A stretch of DNA of 64,000 nt from Prasinococcaceae sp. CCMP 1430 (Eukaryota; Plantae; Prasinodermophyta). Below, piece by piece: positions 55,820 through 64,000 of this stretch. Under the pieces are notes generated by a model. That model ran no database searches, was not told the DNA's origin, and saw nothing but the letters and a program-made list of their open reading frames with translations. A program made the translations under genes and the position numbers. Numbering within the stretch: position 1 is the first letter of the stretch; every line of letters begins with the position of its first letter. The stretch spans positions 204,163-268,162 of the forward strand of contig RQSC01000003.1 of NCBI GenBank assembly GCA_013416795.1, written 5' to 3'.

Positions 55820-57144
55820 TCCACATCGACCCACCCGGCCGGTGACCAGAGTCATCGGACCCACCACGGCCCAGAGCTGCTGGGGTAGCCAGCCAGGCCA
55901 GGGCTGGGCGGCGAGACCCGGGCAAGGGCGCCCTGACTACTCACTGGGCCCAGCCCCAGCCCCAGCCCCAGCGCGCGCGCGGCGCCGCACCCGGGCCAGC
56001 CAGCCAGCCAGCCGGCATGCAGCAGAGCATCTCGATCTGGCTGGGCCCCGGCCCGCCCGGCGGCAGCTCACACGCGGAGAGTCCCACGCGCAGACAGCTG
56101 CAGCCTCGGTCTGTCGGCGCCTCGCACCCTCCGCCTGTGGGGCTCGGTCGGTGCGGACTGTGAGTGGGGTCCCCGCGCCCGCATGTGCCGCGTGATGCCG
56201 GTGATGGGCCTCGCGCGCTGTGCGGTGTGGAAGTATCCCGTGGGTTAAATTAATGTATTTTTGTTTTAATGTGGTCGCCAATGCGCGCGCGCCCGGGCCC
56301 GCGCCCGGCAGCGCGATCCGGCCCGGCGGCCGGCCGGCCCTGAAAACCCTCGCGCGCCCGGAGATAAGGACCCGGCGGCGCCGGCTGCGCGCAACGGATA
56401 TCGGCCCGACCGAGCGCGAGTCACTCTCTGTCTGGCTGACGGACGGACGCACGGACAGGCGAGTGTGTGCGGGTGACGGGCCCCTCGCAGGCGAGCTAGA
56501 GCGACCTAGCTGGTGGTGGAGCCCGCCGGATCTTCTGCGCTTACTCATTGAGTCAGGCACCAGCCTGCCCGCCAGCCAGCCTGCCACCGGCCGACCGACG
56601 GGCGTCCGCGTCCCACTCCGCGCGGTGACGTGCGCACGTGGGTCTCGGCCGGGTCACCCCCGCGCAGGCGCACGCGGCGCCGCTCCTCGATCGATCGATG
56701 CGCCCAGGCGTCGCGCTCGGGCTCGTGAGCACATGGTGTCGCAGCGACATGGCACACTGTTCCCACAAAACCATGCGAACCCTAACCCGAACCCCCCCAG
56801 CCAAAAAGGCATGTGACGGTGCACGTGCGCGCTGGGGGATGCCCTCGCCGGCGCCGGGGCGCCCAACAGATACGAGCGCCAAATGCATCGTACGATGTAC
56901 CCACGGGAGATCTCACGACCCCCACTGCGCGCTTTGCGTTGATGGAGGGTCCCCCGGCCCGACTCGACCGAAGTCACACCCAGAAACGGATGGCGATCCC
57001 GATCCCGGGCGGGGCGAACGCGTTCCCGTTCGCCCGGGGACGAATCGGGATCAAGCCCAGCCCGCGCGCGGCGCGCGCGCCCCGGGGCGCGCGGCGCGGC
57101 GCGGCGGATCTGGGTCGTTTTCGGGGTTCACGGGGTTGGTTGGN

Positions 57145-57622
57145 GCGGCGCGCGCGCCCGCGCGCGCCGACGCCGGCGGCGAGGTCGTGCTCGAGGTGAA
57201 GGGGCTGTGCGCCGAGGTGGAGGCGACGGGCAAGAAGATCCTCAAGGGGGTGGACCTCACCGTGCGGGAGGGCGAGGTGCACGCCATCATGGGAAAGAAC
57301 GGCTGCGGGAAGTCCACGCTCAGCAAGGTGCTGGTCGGCCACCCCGCGTACAAGGTCACGGCGGGCACAGCGACGTACCGCGGCGACGACCTGTTCGAGA
57401 TGGAGCCCGAGGAGCGCTCGCACGCGGGCCTCTTCCTGAGCTTCCAGGCGCCTATCGAGATCCCCGGCGTTTCCAACACCGACTTCCTGCGCATGATGTA
57501 CAACGCGCGCAGGAAGGCGCTCGGCATGCCCGAGCTCGAGCCGCTCGAGTTCTACGGGTACCTCACGCCCAAGCTCGAGCAGCTCAACATGGACCCCTCC
57601 TTCCTGAGCCGCAACGTGAACG

Positions 57623-57666
<44 letters not shown>

Positions 57667-57933
57667 CTGGCGGTGCTCGAGAGCGAGCTGTCCATCCTGG
57701 ACGAGATCGACTCGGGCCTCGACGTCGACGCGCTGCGCGACGTCGCCGAGGCTGTGAACGGCCTCAAGAGCGATGAAAACGCCGTCGTCATGATCACGCA
57801 CTATCGCAGGCTGCTCGACTACATTGAGCCGGACTTCGTGCACATCATGGAGCGCGGCAAGATCAAGCAGACGGGGGGCATCGAGCTCGCCGAGGTACTC
57901 GAGGAGAAGGGCTACGCGGGGCTGTCCTCGTAG
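57145..57933 (+). CDS. sufC: Plastid Fe-S cluster assembly ATPase SufC; 5' end lost at N join 57144
   Basis: GKNGCGKST Walker A, [49 protein letters not shown]. Confidence 0.96.
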
Positions 57934-58048
57934 CTAGCGCCCGCGGGCTATCGCTCAGGCGGCGCCGCGGGCGCGGCGACGTATACAAGTGACATTAAGT
58001 GGTAGTCTACATACAGTCGTACTGTACACGCAGTGTCGCGGGTGCGAT

Positions 58049-58954
58049 TCAGCTCACCAAACAGCTGCCCTTGTCGCTCGCCTGGCCGTGCTTGGCCTCG
58101 GCGTGGGCGATGAGCCGGTCCAGCGTCGCAAAGCTCAGGCCGCACTCCGGGCACACCTCTCGGCGCGTGGACGCACGCACCACGGGCCGGCCCTGTGTCG
58201 CCCTGCTGCCGCTGGCGCCCTCCGCGTGCGCTGCCTCCACGTGCGCGATGAGGTCTGTCACCGTGCGAAAGGTTGCTGCGCACTGCGGGCACCGCTCGGC
58301 GCCCCCCGGGGAGGGCCTCGGGCCTGCGCGCAGCCGATTGGTCGACGCCCCCTGCGTCGGTCCTTGCTGCGCGCGTGGTCGCTGCTGGCCGCGCTGATCC
58401 TTGGGACTAGACGAGAAGAAGGCCTTGACGGTGCCCGCGCTCGAGGCACTGCCGTGCCTCGAGGCAGCGGCCCCAGCGGCCGCAGCTGAGGGCTCCCTGC
58501 GTGCGGCAGGCACGCCGTCCCGGCGAATCGCCGAGTGCTTCACACCGCAGGCGTGCTGGTCTGCGAATCGGTGTCGCATGCAGGTGAGGGCACCGCAACT
58601 CTTGCACGAGATCCTGTTGGTCAGGTCGAGCCGCTCCTTGCAGCCCTTGACGCAGCATTTTGGCTTTCTGTGCACCCGCTTGTAGTCCGCCTCGACGCAC
58701 CCGCCAGAGGCACGGTGCGCCTCCCACGTGGCATTCGGGTCCTGCCCGGGCACGAACCGCACCGCGTGAGCGCAGAGCGGGCACACCATCACCTCACTCG
58801 AGCGTCCTGCGGCGTTGGGGCAGTCGTGCGCCTCGTACGCGCGGTGCGTGAGGCAGAACGCCCTGGAGCATGCGTCGCACTTGAACGGCAGGAAGTCCTC
58901 TCGCCCGCACCCCGCCCACGCGCAGTGGCGGGCGCCCTCAACGAGGGGGTCCAT
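58049..58954 (-). CDS. AN1 plus C2H2 zinc-finger stress-associated protein (ZFAND2/AIRAP/SAP11-13 type)
   Basis: HCAWAGCGREDFLPFKCDACSRAFCLTH, CPLC, second AN1 CCVKGC...CKSC...CMRHRFADQHAC, two C2H2 fingers CPQC..H/CPEC..H. Confidence 0.9.
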   Translation of the reverse strand: MDPLVEGARHCAWAGCGREDFLPFKCDACSRAFCLTHRAYEAHDCPNAAGRSSEVMVCPLCAHAVRFVPGQDPNATWEAHRASGGCVEADYKRVHRKPKCCVKGCKERLDLTNRISCKSCGALTCMRHRFADQHACGVKHSAIRRDGVPAARREPSAAAAGAAASRHGSASSAGTVKAFFSSSPKDQRGQQRPRAQQGPTQGASTNRLRAGPRPSPGGAERCPQCAATFRTVTDLIAHVEAAHAEGASGSRATQGRPVVRASTRREVCPECGLSFATLDRLIAHAEAKHGQASDKGSCLVS

Positions 58955-59417
58955 CCTTCAGTAGCAGGTGCACGCGTCACGGCCTGCGAGCAGGCGACGC
59001 GTCACGGCCTGCGAGCGGGCGACGCCGTGGCTCGCCGAGCGGCGTTCCCGCGCCCCGCGGGCGCGCCTCACGCGCGCGCGCCGCGCGGGGCGCGCCATGT
59101 GGCCGCAGGCGCAGTTGCGCTGGCAGCGGCAGCGCACGCGCAGCGCTGCTGCGCGCAACATCCGGCGCGGGCGAACCGGGTCCGACGGACCTCATCCCCT
59201 GGTACTTGCGCCAGATTGGCAAGTTCTATCCCGGTGGAATCCTATTACGCGTTTTAGACCGGTTCTAAATGGTTCGAACATCATGAGCGCGCAGGGGGGA
59301 TGTTTGCGCAGAGGCGAGCGCGAAAACGGCGGAGGCGCTGCTGATGCTGCTGCGCGCCACAGCGCGTGCGGCGCCGCCCGCGCGCGCGCGCGTGCTCGGC
59401 GGTGCGAGGCGGCAGGT

Positions 59418-61370
59418 ATGGCGGAGCCAGTGGCCTTCCGCGACATCACCGACGGCAGCGCTCCCGCCGCCTTTGACGCCGAGGCGCTGCGCCAGCGCGT
59501 GGTCTACCTGGTGGACTGCGGCGCGAGCATGCGCGCGGAGTGGGAGGGGGACACGGCGGCGGAGGCAGGCGGCGGGGGCCGGGAGCGGGCCGGATCGTTC
59601 CTGGAGGCCGCCCTCGGATGCGTTCGGAGCGACGCGATGCGGCGGATCGTGTCGCGGCCTGGGGACCAGATTGGCGTGCTGCTGTACAACACGCGCGAGT
59701 CGAAGAACGACATCTACTCAGAGAATGTGTGCGTGGCCGAGTCGCTCAAGCAACCGGACGCAGCATTCATGCGCATGATCGACTCCCTCACGGCCGCCGC
59801 CGAATTCGAGCGGAAGTACGGCACGCGGGACGCCATGGGCGGAGGCACCCCGGCCAGTCAGGCGCTCGTGGGAGCGCTGCGGGTGGCGCAGAAACACTTC
59901 TCCGACTGCAGCACCTCGAGCTGCGACAAGATAGTGATCGTCTTCACGAATGACGCCGACCCTACGGGCGGCAGCGAGGACGCGATGGAGTTCCTGAGCA
60001 CTCGCTTCCACGACGTTGTCAAGCAGCGCCTCGCCGTCAAGGTCATGCCGCTGCCGAGCGCGGAGGCAGGGGACGCAGCAGACAGCGTGGAGGCGTTTTA
60101 TGCCAGAGCCCTCGAGAGCGCCGTCGCAGAGGAAAGAAAGGGCGTCGACCTGGAAGACTCGCCGTTCGCGCTCCGCACTGAGGTGCTGGACACACCTGAG
60201 GACGCCAATGACATGGACGCGCTCATTGAGAGTGGTGCATCGAACAACATGCGCACCGCCGGGCAGCTGCACTGGAAGCTGGAGCCACCAGGGACCTCGC
60301 GCGGTGGGAAGGGCGCGTGGCTTCGCGTGATGCTCTTTGCTTGCCTCGCCCCTCCGTGGACGAGCTCCGGGAAGAAGGTCAAGCTGGACCGCAAGACGAA
60401 TGCTGAGCTCGTGTCCGACCGCATCGTCATCAGCAATGACACCGCTGATATGATTGCCAAGGAAAACATGGGCGAGGACATGAAGAAGTGCTGGTCGTCG
60501 GCGCGCTCCCAGGAGAAGGTGGTCTTCACGACGGAGGAGCTCGCCGCCATTAAGAGCCCAATGCGCCCAGGCATGCACCTCCTGGGCTTCCGCCCGATCG
60601 ACTGGTTCGACAGGTTGCAGCTGGGCCACATCGCCAATCCACTGGTGATGTGCGCGGACGAGCATCGCGCACCGGGGTCGGGTGACGCGTTCTCCGCGCT
60701 GCATAGCTCCATGATATCGAAAGCAGCCGGCGCCGTCTGCCTGCTGCAGCAGCGCACCAACACCCAACCGATGATGGTGTGGGTGCAGCCAGTCGATGAG
60801 ACGGCGGCCGATGATGCTGCGGGCTCAGAGGGCAACGAGCAGTCGCCGACGATGCTTCTATTCACCTTGCCGTACAAGGATGACCTGCGGCCAGTGCGCA
60901 ACAATTGGCGCGAGCTCCACTCGGCTGCGCTCACCAAGGCTGTCAAGTCCAAGGTTCCGCTGGAGGTCACGTGCCCCGTGGCCAGCGATGCTGCGGTCGC
61001 GGCCGCACGCGAGCTTGTGGATGCTCACAAAATGCGCACGTTCGACGTGAGCCAGTTCACCGACCCAGCACTGGATCGCCACTTCGCTGTGCTGCAAGCG
61101 CTCGCACTACGCGAGGACAGCCTGCCGGAGCAAAAGGAGGATCCCACCAATCCGGACTACGAGTCAAAGCCGTGGGCGGCGCACGCGCGCCGTGTCGCCG
61201 CGGCAGAGGGCTTCAACGCTGCGGTCCGCGTCGACACCGAGAAGTTTGAGGAGGTTATCCCGAAGGTTGAGGTGAAGCCGAAGGTCGAGAGGAAGCCGGC
61301 GACGAAGAAGAAGACTGAGACACCGCCAGACGGGGAAGGCAACCGCGGCAAGAAGGCACGCATGGAGTGA
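59418..61370 (+). CDS. KU70: Ku70 NHEJ DNA end-binding subunit
   Basis: vWA VVYLVDCGASM, DQIGVLLYNT, IVIVFTND; core PGMHLLGFRP, LPYKDDLR, FTDPALDRHFAVLQALAL. Confidence 0.88.
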   Translation: MAEPVAFRDITDGSAPAAFDAEALRQRVVYLVDCGASMRAEWEGDTAAEAGGGGRERAGSFLEAALGCVRSDAMRRIVSRPGDQIGVLLYNTRESKNDIYSENVCVAESLKQPDAAFMRMIDSLTAAAEFERKYGTRDAMGGGTPASQALVGALRVAQKHFSDCSTSSCDKIVIVFTNDADPTGGSEDAMEFLSTRFHDVVKQRLAVKVMPLPSAEAGDAADSVEAFYARALESAVAEERKGVDLEDSPFALRTEVLDTPEDANDMDALIESGASNNMRTAGQLHWKLEPPGTSRGGKGAWLRVMLFACLAPPWTSSGKKVKLDRKTNAELVSDRIVISNDTADMIAKENMGEDMKKCWSSARSQEKVVFTTEELAAIKSPMRPGMHLLGFRPIDWFDRLQLGHIANPLVMCADEHRAPGSGDAFSALHSSMISKAAGAVCLLQQRTNTQPMMVWVQPVDETAADDAAGSEGNEQSPTMLLFTLPYKDDLRPVRNNWRELHSAALTKAVKSKVPLEVTCPVASDAAVAAARELVDAHKMRTFDVSQFTDPALDRHFAVLQALALREDSLPEQKEDPTNPDYESKPWAAHARRVAAAEGFNAAVRVDTEKFEEVIPKVEVKPKVERKPATKKKTETPPDGEGNRGKKARME

Positions 61371-61419
61371 GCGGGCCAAAGAGCGCCACGCGCTGTTTGT
61401 TGTACAAAAGAATATTTTA

Positions 61420-63650
61420 TCACCCTGTTGCGACGCCGCTGCTGCTGCTGGAAACTCCCTTGCGTGAGAGATCCGCCCTGAGTTCCATGAGCAGGCGGCC
61501 GAGGTGGTTGCTGCCCTTGCCGTCGCGTCCGCCGCCCCAGTACGCGTCGTGGGGCGACGCCTCCACGATCGCGGCTGGCCGCGGGCGCGCGGTAGACATG
61601 AGTAGCTCGCGCGGCCCCTCGTGCTGCGTGAATTTGGCCAGCAGCGCCGCGCGCATCACGCCCACCTTTGAGGTGGACCAGTCGCCGCGGCGCAGGTGCG
61701 GGCGCTCACGCTCCGCCCGCCGCGCTAGGCCGGCCGCCTGCTCCGGCGCATCCGCCGCGAGGATGCGCGCGCGAAGATCTCGTGCCTCGTCGCTGTCCAC
61801 GCCGGCAAACTTCTGCGCCTGGTAAAAGTGCTCAACGCTTGGCCAGGCTGTGCGCACACAATCCGGGTCGCGCACGTCGCACGGGCAGCTCGCCTCGCTG
61901 CCGAACACGCCGTCAGGCATGGTGATAGGATGTGGCGAAAAGTTTGAGAAAGCTCCGTACTCATTCCAGCCCTTTGTGTGAGAAGGCGAGGCGGCGGCGA
62001 CGTGACTGTCAGCGCAGTGTGCGAGCGAGCGCCCAAGCAGCGCCAAGCAGCGCCCAAGAGCGCCAGGCAGAGCCATGCGCAACCTACCTTGTAGAACTCC
62101 ACCACGGGCGCGTTGTCGTCCAGTGCGAGCAGCGCCACTTCCGCGCCCGCGGCAGTGGGCGGCAGCATGCCCCATGCCTCGACCATCGACGTCGGTAGGT
62201 CCATCGGGTTGGCGGCGCTGCTGAATCCGTTCGAAACCGAGGCGGCTTGCGCGCCGTCTGTGCGGACCGTGGGCTCGGCATTCACGCTCGCCGACCTGGC
62301 AGCGGGCGGGAGCGCCTCGTGCACATACCCGCTGACCGCGATGTCGGGGCCGACGACCTCGTAGGTTGGCTTGAGTAGCTCGAGCGCCTGCGTCATCATG
62401 ACGTTTCCCAGCTCACCCACGGGCGTGGGCGCCGCGCGTTGGCCGAGGGCGGTGGGCCCACCGATAATCTTTGGCGCCACGAAGGCCAGCACGCTGTCGA
62501 TCGCGCGGTCGCTGAGCGCGGGCGCCGCGAGGGTGCCTCCGCACTCCCACAAGCACTGCAGCATGCCGCGATGAGCGCAGTACTCTGTGACCACCGCCGG
62601 TGTGAGTATGTCAAACTCAACCACCTCGACGCCGCGGGCGCACAGCCGCGCCTGAAAGTCGGGCCGCGCGCCGCGCTGCGTCATGACGATGGTCGGCGCG
62701 GCCGAGACGTCCCACAGGTTGGCCTCCTCTGGCAGATCCATGGTGCGGCTCAGCACGATGCGGTAGGGATGATGGCCGTAGTCTCGGCGCGTGGTGAGGC
62801 GCGGGTTGTCCTCTCGCAGCGTATTACCGCCCACGATGATCGCGTCTGACGCGCGGCGCACCTCGAGCACGCGCGCGCGCGCCTGCTCAGATGACACCCA
62901 GCTGGCGTGGCCGGCGGCGGTGGCGATCTTGCCGTCGAGCGTCATGGCATACTTCAGCACCGCGAAGGGCCGTCCGGTGGAGGCGCGGTAGCGCAGCGCG
63001 TCGTTCGCGCGCTCGCACGCCGCAACGACCTCGCGCACCTCCTCCTCGGCACCGCGGCCTGGCTGACTCTCGCCTGCGACGTCGACGCGCACGCCCGCGG
63101 CGCGCAGTGCAGCGATGGCACGGCCTGAGCAGTGTTCCATCGGGTGGCGCATCCCCACCACCACACGGCCAATGCGCGCCGCGAGCAGGGCACGCACGCC
63201 ATCTCCCGCCCCCGCCGTGAGCTCGGGCTCAAGGTTGACGTATGCCACGCATCCGTTCGTGGTTTCGGCCTTGCGCACCGCCTGCAGCTCGGGGGCGTCG
63301 GTGCCGTTGCCGAACAGCGCCGCCTCGGCGACGGCGACGTTGGTGGCGGGGTTGACGAGCACGCAGCCGCAGTTGGGGTGGGGCTGCGTCAAGCCCAAGG
63401 GACCGAGCGCCACCTCGATGGTGCGGCGCAGCCACCCGGCGTCCGTGCTCGACACCATCGACATCTGCCCGCCGCCCGTCGCGGCGCCGCGCGCGGCCGC
63501 CCGCGCCGGACACACCCACCCTCGCACCCGCTGTGGCTGTGGCGCGCCCGCGCGCGCGCGCCACACGCCCGCAGCCCAAAACCCCCAACCCTGTCCATTC
63601 AGAAACCGCGGATAATTGACGACCAAAACCGAACCCCTCACGCCATGCAT
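61420..63650 (-). CDS. PYRR: Riboflavin biosynthesis PyrR (inactive deaminase plus RibD reductase plus NADAR/COG3236 domain); intron 62087-61972; start uncertain (63650 or 63464)
   Basis: HPNCGCV deaminase fold lacking the Zn ligands (HAE->APE, no PC..C); LKYAMTLDGKIA, DAIIVGGNT, ECGGTLA reductase; GAFSNFSPHP, WPSVEHFYQAQKF, KFTQH, ASPHDAYWG...NHLGRLLMELR NADAR. Confidence 0.93.
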
Positions 63651-64000
63651 AATGTACTTTGATGAATCTAATCGGCGGAAGCGCCGCCCAAACACCCCCG
63701 AAACCGAACCGCGCCTCCACACTAGTAAACCCTACACGCGCTCGTACCCGAAACTGAAACGCGCGCGCGCGGGGCGCCCCGGCCGCGGGCGCGCGCGGCG
63801 GTGGGTTGGGGTTGGGGTTGGTGGTTTTGAGGTTAGATTTGGTTTAGGGTCCTTTTCGCGCGCGTTGCGCACATGTGCGTGCATGCGCGGCCGCTGCGCG
63901 CTGCGAACGCGATCCTGGCGGGCGGTGTGTGGATAGGCGTCGCTGGCGGCCTTCCCGGGAGCCGCCGGGGGGGCGGCGGAGCCCCCCCGCCCCCCTTCCC

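Noticed and set aside
56300-57143. ORFs between sufD and sufC, including the N-terminal 170 aa of ORF 56638-57933
   Set aside because: Low-complexity, promoter-like sequence separated from SufC by an N join; no domain signal.
6189-62087. Introner-like repeated introns
   Set aside because: The introns I could delimit share only splice and branch motifs, with no extended similarity by eye.
14-64000. Hundreds of Arg/Ala/Pro-rich alternative-frame and antisense ORFs
   Set aside because: Expected shadows of GC3-rich genes, since stop codons are rare at this GC; no family motifs.

Overview
Compact, very GC-rich eukaryotic nuclear DNA with short spliceosomal introns (donors GTGCGT/GTACGC/GTGAGT/GTAGG, CTGAC branch-like motif, (C/A)AG acceptors). 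The gene set (nuclear SufC and SufD, plant-type PyrR, MOS11/Tho1, OXS3 motif, LWD/AN11 WD40, PES-type acyltransferase) points to a small green alga; this assignment is an inference. About 30 densely packed housekeeping and plastid genes are recognisable. I found no tRNA, rRNA, CRISPR array or autonomous transposon. Four long N gaps and five single-N joins fall at or near gene 5' ends, and several frameshifts sit in (CG)n runs, so many start codons are missing, probably for technical reasons. The most notable features are: (1) a ~258-bp alphaproteobacterial-type nirB fragment that replaces the start of the RING finger in a LON-RING gene; (2) an in-frame TGA inside a coding-like frame upstream of an OXS3-motif ORF; (3) a divergent sufD/sufC pair with a 41-bp near-perfect inverted repeat at the sufD 5' end; (4) several proteins with unexplained architectures (CBM48 plus repeats plus acidic tail; C6H2 zinc finger plus PAM2-like tail; orphan calycin-like barrel; stand-alone PKA-like kinase). 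The sequence alone does not establish a new biological system here.
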